64,000 nucleotides of DNA from Schmidtea polychroa (taxonomy: Eukaryota), in NCBI GenBank assembly GCA_044892525.1, contig CM097885.1, forward strand, positions 124,001-188,000, in the 5' to 3' direction. Made by a program: the position numbers and the translations under genes. Of this stretch, positions 12,407 to 24,200 are shown piece after piece. The notes beneath the pieces were generated by a model that searched no databases, was not told where the DNA came from, and worked only from the letters and a program-made list of their open reading frames with translations. The stretch's first letter is position 1. The number at the start of each line of letters is the position of its first letter.

Positions 12407-13986
12407 CTTAGAAAATAATAATATGTAATCAACGATTTAAACAAAATTATATTATTACGTATTCGAAAATTAAAACAAAAGAATTATATAATCAATGATT
12501 TAAACAAAATTATATAATCATCGATAATTAAAACAAAAATATTAATTCTAAAAATATTAGGCTTCGTTCTAAAAGTATGACGTAATCATTCTAAAAATAT
12601 TTGGCATCGTTCTAAAAATATTAGGCATCGTTCTAAAAGTATGACGTAATCATTCTAAAAATATTTGGCATCGTTCTAAAAATATTAGGCATCGTTCTAA
12701 AAGTATGACGTAATCGTTCTAAAAATATTAGGCATCGTTCTAAAAATATTAGACATCGATTACGTAATAGTTCTAAAAATATTAGGCATCGTTCTAAAAA
12801 TATGAGGCGTCGTTCTAAAAGTATGACGTAATCGTTCTAAAAATATTAGGCATCGTTCTAAAATTATGATGAGTCATTGTCTTTGTTCTAAAAATGTGAT
12901 GAGTCATTGTATGATAGAAATCTATATCTCATTAGAAAGGTCTTGCACAGAGCTTTAAAATAAGGTATCGTCCAATAAAATCCGTTGGCGGAAACATTAA
13001 TTATTGGGATGAAAAAAATAGGGGCCATCCCGGCCACTTAATTAAAAAAAAAATTACGTAATAGTTCTAAAAATATGTGGCATTGTTCTAAAAATATTAG
13101 GCATCGTTCTTAAAATATTAGGCATCGTTCTAAAAGTATGACGTAATCGTTCTAAAAATATTAGGCATCGTTCTAAAAATAATAGACATCGTTCTAAAAT
13201 TATGACGTAATCATTCTAAAAATATTAGGCATCGTTCTAAAAATATTAGGCATCGTTGGGTGAGTCATTGGGTGACTCATTCTCTTTGTTAATAATAATG
13301 ATGATGATACCTTCTATGGCTCATTCGAAAGGTCTTGGACTGAGCTTTAAGATGAGGTATCGGTTAATAAATTCGGATAATGGGAACATTAATTTTTGGG
13401 ATGAAAAAAAGTGTGAGCCCGCCAGATCACTTAATAATATTTTAAAAAATAAATGACCTTGAAAATGGTCTCGGGAAAACGTTAATAACTTTGCCGATGT
13501 TAATGATGATGATACCTTCAATAGCTCATTCGAAAGGACTTGCACTAAGCTTCAAAATAAGATATCGATCAATAAATTCGGATAATGGGAACATTAAATT
13601 TTGGGATGAAAAAAAGTAGGGGCCCTCCCGGCCAATTAATAATATTTTGGAAAATAATAATAATTTAACGTTGAAAAGATGGTGGTCATCAATTGTTAAT
13701 AACATTAAAACTATTAAAGATATATAAGATACCTATAGCTCATTCGAAAGGTCTTGGACTGAGCTTTAAGATGAGGTATCGTCCAATAAAATCCGTTGGC
13801 GGGAACATTAATTTTTGGGATGAAAAAAAGTAGGGGCCATCCCGGCCAATTAATTAAAACAAAAAATTAAAAAAAAAATAAATGACCTTGACCTTTTATT
13901 TAAAAAAAAAAAATTTTTTCCCGGGGGGGGAGGGGGTATATGTGGTCTGGAGGGGACCTGGTCTGGGGAGCCCACATCCTACTACT
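11686..13986 (-). repeat. Right terminal inverted repeat (~2.3 kb)
   Basis: Reverse complement of 5095-7421; differences are mainly in repeat copy number. Confidence 0.95.
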
Positions 13987-14338
13987 TTTCTATCAAAGCC
14001 TTGTGAATGAATGTATTATTTCCGCTCTCAATCTTGATATTATTAAATCCCAACACTGCATCTTTAAACAGAGTATGAAACATGAAATTGTTTGGTAATA
14101 CATCTGCATTGGCATCCAAAACCTTTCTATCTTTATCTACAACCTTGATCTGAACAGTCAATAAAGTATCGTTCAAATCTAAATATTCAGTTTGCGAACC
14201 ATTAATAGAAAACTCGATATCATTTCTACTATCAGTAATTGAATTCATAGGAAAAACTTCCTCAAAGGCCCCAAATTCGATTACCGCTTGAGGCGATGGT
14301 CTATCAAATATACATAATTCGGATTTACCACAAATCAT
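13987..14338 (-). pseudogene. Polinton major capsid protein, N-terminal part
   Basis: KSELCIF..IEFSING..EYLDLNDT..NNFMFHTLF motifs typical of the Polinton MCP N-terminus; ends at the insertion TSD. Confidence 0.92.
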
Positions 14339-14697
14339 TTTGCAAATATAGTTCCATGTCCTTTCATTCGTTTGTTTATACGCGATATTCCATGTCCTTT
14401 ACGTTTTGGAGCTGGGGCTGGGGGCGTATCTTTTTGAAACATACCAGCAACTCCAGGTAGAACCTTCCCTAACTCAGCTAAAGCATTTGTTTTTAGGGAT
14501 GGTAATATTTTCTGTTCATTCATAATCACGTCTTTAGCAGTTTTCATGCCAAAACTACCGATACGTTTAAGAATAGGAAGTGCAAATCTCTCTATTGTTT
14601 TTAACCAACCTGATCCGTACTGTTTACCAATAAAATATGGTAATTCACCGCCAGATTGGCTACCACTATACATACTAATAATATCAGAATTAGCCAT
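14335..14697 (-). CDS. Small Gly-rich basic/amphipathic Polinton virion protein between penton and MCP
   Basis: SQSGG..FIGKQYGSGW..FALPILKRIG motif, GHG repeats, and position between minor and major capsid genes. Confidence 0.7.
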   Translation of the reverse strand: MANSDIISMYSGSQSGGELPYFIGKQYGSGWLKTIERFALPILKRIGSFGMKTAKDVIMNEQKILPSLKTNALAELGKVLPGVAGMFQKDTPPAPAPKRKGHGISRINKRMKGHGTIFAK

Positions 14698-15706
14698 CTA
14701 CTTTACGAAAATGTAGTGTCAAATGAGTTTTTGAGTCTTTTGGGAAGTTTATAAGTTTTCCACTATCATCACGAATATTTATTTCTATATTGTTTATACA
14801 TGAGTTTGAAATTCGTAAATACATGGGATTATCTATATTTATATTGAAAACTTCATCATGTTCATATTTTCCAATCCACACCGATTTCAATAGAGGAACA
14901 CTGGAATCACTAACAATTATAGGCTCAATAATATTAGTATATATGAACATTTGTTGATGATGTTCAAGTATTCTTGGTTTACGTATACCAGCCGATTTTT
15001 CCCGATATTGCTGCTTCTCTAATCCAAGTGTATTTGTCAAATTTTTATCAAATGTAACTTCGCAAATGTCATCATTCAAACTGAATGTAAATAACAAATC
15101 TTTCACAATGTCCAAACTTTTAAATATGTGTGAACAATTGTACTTTAAATATTTAAGTAACACATCAAGTTTATCAATATATAATTCGTCAGCAAAGGTG
15201 AATGATTCTTCAACTTCATTATTATACGACACTGATATTTTGATTTCTTCCCTCATTACACTGTTTGCTTCATATAGATCAAAGCGTAATAAATATTCTG
15301 TTTCCATAACTTCATTTTTCAACTTATTGCAACCCAATCGTTTGGCATCTTCATTATAGTCGATTGTTATTGTAAATGGTTTAAAATCACAACTGATATT
15401 TAATCCATCCTTGTAAAACATAGAGCAATGCGGATCTAATATTTGATTCGGAATATGATATGTTTTATCATAATTACTGATAATAAAGATACCACTACAT
15501 ATTTTCATAGCATTCCTTTTGAAATCAATCTTACATTGACTATAAAATGGGAATGTATTGTACACGAATGTAAAATCTTGCAGTGCAACTTCCCAGTCAC
15601 CATTTAAAGAAATCTGATTCTGGAGATTGACCATGAATTTACTGGCTTGCTTATCTGGATGAATAAGCGGGCAACTATTGCTTGGTAAAATAGTATAAAA
15701 ATTCAC
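14690..15706 (-). CDS. Polinton minor capsid protein (penton, single jelly-roll)
   Basis: FYTILPSNS..LNGDWEVAL at the N-terminus; FIYTNIIEP..VPLLK..INNIEINIRDDSG..LHFRK at the C-terminus. The likely start is now GTG overlapping the upstream stop. Confidence 0.88.
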   Translation of the reverse strand: MNFYTILPSNSCPLIHPDKQASKFMVNLQNQISLNGDWEVALQDFTFVYNTFPFYSQCKIDFKRNAMKICSGIFIISNYDKTYHIPNQILDPHCSMFYKDGLNISCDFKPFTITIDYNEDAKRLGCNKLKNEVMETEYLLRFDLYEANSVMREEIKISVSYNNEVEESFTFADELYIDKLDVLLKYLKYNCSHIFKSLDIVKDLLFTFSLNDDICEVTFDKNLTNTLGLEKQQYREKSAGIRKPRILEHHQQMFIYTNIIEPIIVSDSSVPLLKSVWIGKYEHDEVFNINIDNPMYLRISNSCINNIEINIRDDSGKLINFPKDSKTHLTLHFRKVDG

Positions 15707-16128
15707 TTTACTAGATCCTTTTCTGATATCCATGATGGGTTTTGATAACCATGCCATTTGACATAGTATTGTTTATCCTTGCCAACCTTTTTAGTTTTCA
15801 ATATCTTTTGAATTCTAAATACTTTTGGAGGAGGATTAACTTGTAATTCTTGCTCATAAAACTTTCCTTGCAATTTTGCAATGATTATCTTATGGTAGGT
15901 GAATCCTACAATTATCCTTGTCCATTTCATGTCTTCATCGAAAAGACACTGAAATATTCTATTGAATAAATACTTCTTGTTTTCCAGGGATTCCATCTCC
16001 ATCATCTGATGATAATCGATATGTTCACCTTCAATGATTTGTTCAGTTTGATTGATCAGGAAATTGAGGCTGTCGACTATATTCGCGGTGACAATTCCGT
16101 TTAGAACATTTTCACTAAATTGCGACAT
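15703..16128 (-). pseudogene. Chimeric ORF: Bcl-2-like N-terminal part fused to the C-terminal chromodomain of a Polinton integrase
   Basis: C-terminal GKFYEQELQ..FRIQKILK..YYVKWHGY..SWISEKDL is the integrase tail/chromodomain. N-terminal FNRIFQCLFDEDMKWTRIIVGFTY resembles the BH1 motif (LFxDGxNWGRIV). Confidence 0.65.
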
Positions 16129-16347
16129 TTCAAAAAAAATTTTAAATATAATGTTTTATTTATACTAATACCATATGATTCTGATTGGTTGATAGACTAT
16201 AAATGTAAAAGAAAGGTTTTGATTTGATACACCAGAAAAACTATATTGCTAATTATTATAACGACTGTGTGCTAACACAATACTATAAATTTTATAATAT
16301 TCGACTATGTTTTTAGTTAACCATGATTTGTGATATAAATTTGAAAT

Positions 16348-16349
<2 letters not shown>

Positions 16350-16387
<38 letters not shown>

Positions 16388-16388
16388 T

Positions 16389-16460
<72 letters not shown>

Positions 16461-16461
16461 C

Positions 16462-16549
<88 letters not shown>

Positions 16550-16550
16550 G
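16350..16550. repeat. (AAT)n microsatellite
   Basis: Visible. Similar tracts occur at 2000-2380, 6620-6950, 7310-7385, 11720-11765 and 12120-12405. Confidence 0.97.
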
Positions 16551-17169
16551 TAGTATGTAGTAAGGACTCCAGGACACTTTCAAGGTCATCCCAATGTCCA
16601 GATCAAATATATGTCAATCGAATCATTTTATTTATTTATTTATTTTTTATTTATTTAATTACTTCTATTTAATTTTTTTTTTAAATTTATTAATTAATTA
16701 TTTTATTATGTTTTTTGTTTTAATTAATTACTTTTGTTAATTTTCAATTTATTACATTTAATAAATTAATTGTTTATTAATATTTTATTTTAATTACTTA
16801 CGTTATTTAATTGATTTTTTTTTTAATTTTTTTTTATTTATTTAATTATTTTTTTTTCTTTTTTTTTATTGTTATTATTTTACATTTACATTTAATATAT
16901 TCTAACAAGAGTGTAAACTGTAACAATTATATTTCAATTTGAATAAAGTTTTAATTAGTAATTATTATAAAATAAAGCTGTGTTAATTTAAAAATGGGCA
17001 AATATTTTTCAAAACAAAGCAAAGTTTTTCATGATAAATAATAATTCTTACTTAAAACTAATTATCTAAAATAATTGGACAAATGAATTATTAAATGATA
17101 AAACATATTTTAATTAACGAAGTCAAATAATTCACAATATATATTTTATTATTCACATAAATTTAATGG

Positions 17170-19205
17170 TTAAAGTGCTTGTTTCGATTTGCATTCATTT
17201 GTAGACGGAGCAGTTGCAATATGCATTTGACGAATCTTATAGTGACCGTAGGCATAGCTTTCATTAGAATTGAACCAATACCTTTTATCATCCAAACATT
17301 GGAGAGCTCGTTTTTCTGTAATGAAATTATACAACTGATGATTAACACTTCCTATTCTCTTTTGTTGGATGCTCACTGTTCCACCATCAGTATACATTTT
17401 TTTATAGGCTTCATGGGTGATATTAGAATTTGTAAGACTCATTCCTTTGGCTTTTAGAGTGTTTTTATCGCCTTGGAGTGAGTAGCACTTTGGTGGAAGG
17501 AACACCCATTCTTTATATTGATTTCCTTTATTCTCATCCTTGAATTTCCCGATTACCGAACAAATTTTATCTGAGAACAATGGATCAGCCACTGAATAAT
17601 TTGAAGTATCTAGGAGCCCATCGGCAATCATTTTTGGATACAGTTGTAAGCGTAAATCAACATTTTTACACTCTAAAAAGAAGGAATCTGTGTCATCGGC
17701 TACGATATTAATTTGACAATTGAATTCTTCTCTATAACTCTGCAGTTCTTTATATTGAAACTGGTACATGCGAAGTTTAGATAAATCAAGTACGGTTTGT
17801 CCAATATACATTGGTCTATCTAAACACACAATTTCCTTATCAAGTATAGCAGCAATGAGATCATCCGCAATCTTGATGCTACGACGAAACATAGGATGAC
17901 TACAATAAGTTATCAATCTTTTGCTTTTGTTGCATAATCTCAAATTTATACGTTTCTTAAGGTTTTCCATGGTTTTACCGTATAAACTGTTGTTCTTTAA
18001 CTTATAATAATCTCGCTGAAATGAATCTGTACTAGCTGCTCTCATTTTGGTATTGTAATCAATATATCATTTGAAAATAGCCACTTACTTGAATTCTACA
18101 GCACGATTAACTTTTGTGACTTTTGCGCCGTAACTCAACCACTCTGTCAAAACTCTACCGTTAACTACATAGTTTTTCTTAGGCTCATGAGTTAACAAGA
18201 GCTTTTCAACTTTACTACCAGGCGGATAACAAAGCTCAGGAGCTATAGGTAAATCATCTAGTTTATCTTGTATACTATCAGGAATGACGATGTCAACCTC
18301 TAGAACATATCCACGATCTCCATCAAACTCATCCCCATTTGCACATCTTTCAACAATACCATTCATTTCAGTCTGATCATTTATCCATCTAAATTCACCA
18401 ACAGGAAGTTTTTGCGAAAGCGCCCATCCATATAAATTATTAACATCTACGTATGACATTTGTGTTGATTCATCAGCTTCACATGATGTTTGTTGATAAT
18501 TGTCATTCCACCACGAATACCAGCTTCAAATAAACGGTAAAGCTCTGGATCTTGAATAAGTTCTACCGGTTCAGGTAACTGTTTAATAGCTGATGCCCAA
18601 CTTAATCCGGGTATGGAAACAAACGATAGAGCCTCAAGTCCATCTTCGTCAAATGTTTTTTCTCTGAAAGCTTCAAAAACATCGGCCAACAGAAAAACAT
18701 CCAGCTTGAGATATACTAGCATGTAATCTAGGAGTGTCTCACAGTTGTATTGTTGCCAGATTTGATTTGCATGTATATAATCTTCTTGACTAACTCCCTC
18801 CCAAATCAGTGGTAATTCTGTTATTGACTGTAAAACATCCATTGACGTAGCAATATCATAAGGAAAAATGGTTTTACAAGTCATCATCTGTGATTCGAAA
18901 ACATCTGATGTCAGTGGAAGACATGGTAAATTTTTTGATAAATTTGCCAAGCTGCTATTTAAAAATTGTAAAGAATCAATGAATCTAATTCTTCTGCCTT
19001 TCGATGTCGCTGTAAGTGTGAGAAACCTTTCTGCTGATTGAGGAATAACATTTAAATTCCAATCGGGGAATTTTCCAATTGCATATTTTAATATATGATG
19101 AATGTCATATCCACGAAGATTGTGAAATACAACAGGTAAAGACGGATTGATTTTTCTAGCCAAATTACAATCTTGACACGCACGCACGCACGCTGCTCCG
19201 AGATT
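17170..19205 (-). pseudogene. Polinton pPolB, C-terminal part, disrupted and 5'-truncated
   Basis: VFHNLRGYD, FIDS, YVDVNNLYG (motif A), KLKNNSLYGKTMEN (motif B), DTDS (motif C), DDKRY. Frameshift near 18460 and two in-frame stops near 18067-18087. Confidence 0.93.
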
Positions 19206-19560
19206 TCCTTGGATATTTATTCATATATTATATAGATAAAATTTAATTTTCTATAAAATAACTTGATTAAAAATTATGTCTCGTATGTTGTGTGTAATAC
19301 ACACATGTTTTTACGATAAATTTGTATTTTTCATACAGTTAACGTAATTTTCTTAGTATTTTATTCATATAATATATAGATAAAATTTAATTTTCTATAA
19401 AATGGATTGATTAGAAATTATGTATCTTGTTTTGTCTGTAATACACACACATGTTTTTACGATAAATTTGTATTTATTATACGTTAACGTAATTTCCTTG
19501 GATATTTATTGTTATATTATATAGATAAAATTTAATTTTCTATAAAATGGATTGATCTAG
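19203..19560. repeat. About 2.5 copies of a ~145 bp tandem repeat at the pPolB truncation point
   Basis: TATATAGATAAAATTTAATTTTCTATAAAAT recurs at ~19229, ~19373 and ~19518. Confidence 0.8.
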
Positions 19561-20171
19561 AGTTTAAAATGTTTTATTATTTTATAACTTTGTTGCAATA
19601 TTTTTATAATCTTATAACAATTTGCTTAAATATTTTACATCTGGTGAAATATTTCCGAAATATGTTATTACTTTGTTGTAATTTACTGAAAGACTTCACA
19701 ATTTATTACAATATTCTTTTTAATTTGTTGTCCGTCTTCGAAATAATGTATTGATTTGTCCCAATTAACATCATTATTTTATTACTTTGTTGCAATATTT
19801 TTATTATTTTAGTTACTATTTGATAAATATTTTACAACTTTGTTGAAATGTTCTGAAATATGTTACTACTTTGTTGTAATATTTTCTAATCTTGTTACAA
19901 TTTGCTTAAATATTTTACAACTGTTGAAAATTTATCTGAAATATGTTATTACTTTGTCACAATTTTATGAAAACGTTATTACTGTTTTGCAATTTGATGA
20001 AAAATGATATTACTTTGTGGGTTCATCACATTATTTTTTATTAAATTATTATGAAAATGTTAAATAAGTCAACTTTAGCATCAAAATGTGTTTTAAAATA
20101 TATTGAACTTTTAAAATACTGCAACGTAATGCATTTATTTTTCCTACCCCTTCCTTGATTTTGATTGGTCA

Positions 20172-20237
<66 letters not shown>

Positions 20238-20397
20238 TTTTTCTACCCCTTCCTTGATTTTGATTGGTCAGAATTTAATCATGTGTAATATATAAGCAGT
20301 AACTTTTCAAATGTTTGTCATTTAAACTTTAAATTAACTTATATAAGTGAATATTTTTTTTATTCTCTATCTAATATTAATGATTATTTTCTTTTAG

Positions 20398-21183
20398 TGA
20401 ACGGATGCAGTTTATATAAATTTTGTATTGCCGAAAGTCATGAAGATGTGGAGAACTGTAAATCAGTTACATCATCATATTTCAAGATAAATGACTCTAC
20501 CTTATCGGGTTATATATGTCCGGAATGTCTCATTATATCACCAGGTAGGTGGTTAATATTTGTACGACAACACGGACACCATCTTAGAAGATTCGAAGAA
20601 ACGAAGAGCAGGATGATCACTAAAAGTAATACTCTTTCTACTATTAACAATTATTAATTTTTTATAGTACAATCGAAAATGAATACATCATACGATCCTA
20701 AGCAGATTAAAGAATATGTTACAAGTTATGTTATTTAAGTTGTTTAATATTAATTATAAATATAGTTAGACAAAACTCTGGCACCACAAAACGAAAGTCA
20801 ATATTTTAGGGAAATGGAGATTCTAACATACAATTGTGTCCACGTCGGGAGTCTGACTTAAATAGTTCTCGTGTAGAATTGACAAGCGATGTATCTCCAA
20901 TTAATTCTCCTGACATTGTTGTTCCAGATTGTCTCATCAAAGAAATAGAAGATCATATTCAACGAATAAGGACAGTAAAAATCCAATTTGGACTTTGTGC
21001 AGAGTTTATCAAAGAGGATGGTGAAATTAAAAAATGGTGTTTGTCGAATAAAGCAATTACAATGTCATCTTCATTTATTAGTGATGGAATTGAAAAATTA
21101 AAAGAAAAGTTGGAGAAATACACTCAACAAAGTAGTGGGTGGAGAATTCATAAAATATTAGAAGTTACTATGATTTTGGTATA
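20398..21183 (+). pseudogene. N-terminal fragment of a Polinton pPolB, apparently with two mini-introns
   Basis: YICPEC..HGHHLRRF and KIQFGLCAEFIKEDG..SSGW align with YILCPKC..HRLHLQQF and KIQFCLKVEFIKDD..KGSNW of the pPolB at 1-2560. Removing GT..AG segments 20626-20667 and 20725-20765 puts both blocks in one frame, with a single TAG at 20807. Confidence 0.7.
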
Positions 21184-21293
21184 TAGAAGTACTTCGACGG
21201 GATCTCAATTATATCTCTTATTGATTGAAGAACGTATTATTTCCTTAATTCATTCAAAATTTAAACTAAATTTGTAAAATTAAATTATCATTA

Positions 21294-24200
21294 TCGAGTA
21301 AAGAGCTAAGCTGGGTAAAGTTCTACCTCAAGTGAATAGCTAAGTCAAGTAAATGGCTTCTTCGAATTAATGGCTAACCTTGGTAAAATTCTACCTCAAG
21401 TAAATGGCTAAGTCAATTATATAGTTACATCAGATAAATGGCTAACTCGAGTAAATAGCACACCGTGAAATTAGCTGCCACGTATCAAGTACATGGCTTC
21501 TTCAATTAAAAGGTTACCTCGATTAATTTGGCTCACTTGGGTAAAATTCTACCTCGATGGGAACGGCTCAGTCAAATAATGGTTCACTTAAGCAAATGAC
21601 TACTTTGTGTAGTTGACTTCCACGAATAAAAGTCTACATCAAGTGAATGGCTACATCAGATGAATGGCTACACAGAGTGCATGGCTAACTCGTTTAAATG
21701 ACTAGCTTAAGGAAATGACTACTTCATGTAAATGACTAAATCAGATAAATCAGATAAATCTTCGAATAAATGGCTATCTGGAGTAAATATTTGTATTTGT
21801 CGAGAAATGAATAATTTATTATTAACTTCATCAATCAATACACACACAATAACAACTTATTTTATATGATTCATATCAATAATGGCCTAGTGGTAATAGC
21901 AAACGCTTGCAATGCCAAAAACAATAGGTTCAAAACACATTTCAGACAATTTTTTTTAAAGTTCCTTTTTAATAAAATTTGATCAGCATCCTCGATTTAG
22001 TACTTGTACAAAATTTAAAGGTAATTGGTCAACGGCATTTCTTAGAAATTTAAGATCAAGATATTTTAACTTGAGCTACCAATGTACATGAGATAATTTA
22101 ATTAATTTCAAATTATACATTTAACAAATTTGCTAATAACTTTTACAATATTAATTGTTCCAAATTAAAAAAGATATCAATAAATAGATAATTAAATTTA
22201 CAATATAAATTATATCAATTTTGTAAAATAGTGTCAGATTTGAAAATTGGTAACTCTATAATAAAGCTACCTAGATTAAAATTCTGTCTTAGGTGAGTGA
22301 CAAAGTCAAGTAAATGACTAGCTCGAGTAAATGACTAGCTCGAGTAAATGACTACCTCGAGTAAATGACAACCGAGAGTAAGTGGCTACCTCGAGTAAAT
22401 TAGTACACCGAGTGAATGGCTTACTAGTGTAATTAGCTGCCTCAAATAAATAGCTATATCGTGTAATTGGCTACCACATGTAAAGCCTAGGTCAAGTACA
22501 TGGCGACTACAAGTAAATGGTTACTTCGAGTAAAGAGCTAAGCTGGGTAAAGTTCTACCTCAAGTGAATAGCTAAGTCAAGTAAATGGCTTCTTCGAATT
22601 AATGGCTAACCTTGGTAAAATTCTACCTCAAGTAAATGGCTAAGTCAATTATATAGTTACATCAGATAAATGGCTAACTCGAGTAAATAGCACACCGTGA
22701 AATTAGCTGCCACGTATCAAGTACATGGCTTCTTCAATTAAAAGGTTACCTCGATTAATTTGGCTCACTTGGGTAAAATTCTACCTCGATGGGAACGGCT
22801 CAGTCAAATAATGGTTCACTTAAGCAAATGACTACTTCGTATAGTTGAATTCCACGAATAAAAGTCTACATCAAGTAAATGGCTACATCAGATGAATGGC
22901 TACACAGAGTGAATGGCTAACCCGTTTAAATGACTAGCTTAAGGAAATGACTACTTCATGTAAATGACTAAATCAGATAAAAGGCTTCTTCAAGTAAATG
23001 GCTACTTCAAGTAAAGGGTTACCTCGAATAAATGGCTATCTGGAGTAAATATTTGTATTTGTCGAGAAATGAATAATTTATTATTAACTTCATCAATCAA
23101 TACACACACAATAACAACTTATTTTATATGATTCATATCAATAATGGCCTAGTGGTAATAGCAAACGCTTGCAATGCTAAAAACAATAGGTTCAAAACGC
23201 ATTTCAGACAATTTTTTTTAAAGTTCCTTTTTAATAAAATTTGATCAGCATCCTCGATTTAGTACTTGTACAAAATTTAAAGGTAATTGGTCAACGGCAT
23301 TTCTTAGAAATTTAAGATCAAGATATTTTAACTTGAGCTACCAATGTACATGAGATAATTTAATTAATTTCAAATTATACATTTAACAAATTTGCTAATA
23401 ACTTTTACAATATTAATTGTTCCAAATTAAAAAAGATATCAATAAATAGATAATTAAATTTACAATATAAATTATATCAATTTTGTAAAATAGTGTCAGA
23501 TTTGAAAATTGGTAACTCTATAATAAAGCTACCTAGATTAAAATTCTGTCTTAGGTGAGTGACAAAGTCAAGTAAATGACTACTTCGAGTAAATGACTAC
23601 CTCGAGTAAATGACAACCGAGAGTAAGTGGCTACCTCGAGTAAATTAGTACACCGAGTGAATGGCTTACTAGTGTAATTAGCTGCCTCAAATAAATAGCT
23701 ATATCGTGTAATTGGCTACCACATGTAAAGCCTAGGTCAAGTACATGGCGACTACAAGTAAATGGTTACTTCGAGTAAAGAGCTAAGCTGGGTAAAGTTC
23801 TACCTCAAGTGAATAGCTAAGTCAAGTAAATGGCTTCTTCGAATTAATGGCTAACCTTGGTAAAATTCTACCTCAAGTAAATGGCTAAGTCAATTATATA
23901 GTTACATCAGATAAATGGCTAACTCGAGTAAATAGCACACCGTGAAATTAGCTGCCACGTATCAAGTACATGGCTTCTTCAATTAAAAGGTTACTTCGAT
24001 TAATTTGGCTCACTTGGGTAAAATTCTACCTCGATGGGAACGGCTCAGTCAAATAATGGTTCACTTAAGCAAATGACTACTTCGTTTAGTTGAATTCCAC
24101 GAATAAAAGTCTACATCAAGTAAATGGCTACATCAGATGAATGGCTACACAGAGTGAATGGCTAACCCGTTTAAATGACTAGCTTAAGGAAATGACTACT

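Larger units (their letters stand above)
5095..13986. mobile_element. Non-autonomous Polinton (8892 bp) inserted in the MCP gene
   Basis: Starts AGTAGTAGGATGTGGG and ends CCCACATCCTACTACT. Perfect 6-bp TSD TTTCTA (5089-5094, 13987-13992). ~2.3 kb near-identical TIRs. No Polinton core genes inside. Confidence 0.95.
3805..19205 (-). mobile_element. Decayed Polinton/Maverick gene module (pPolB - Bcl-2-like/INT remnant - penton - Gly-rich protein - MCP - protease); own termini not found
   Basis: Co-oriented hallmark Polinton genes in a typical order, with premature stops, an apparent large deletion (most of the integrase, no ATPase) and a nested insertion. Confidence 0.85.
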
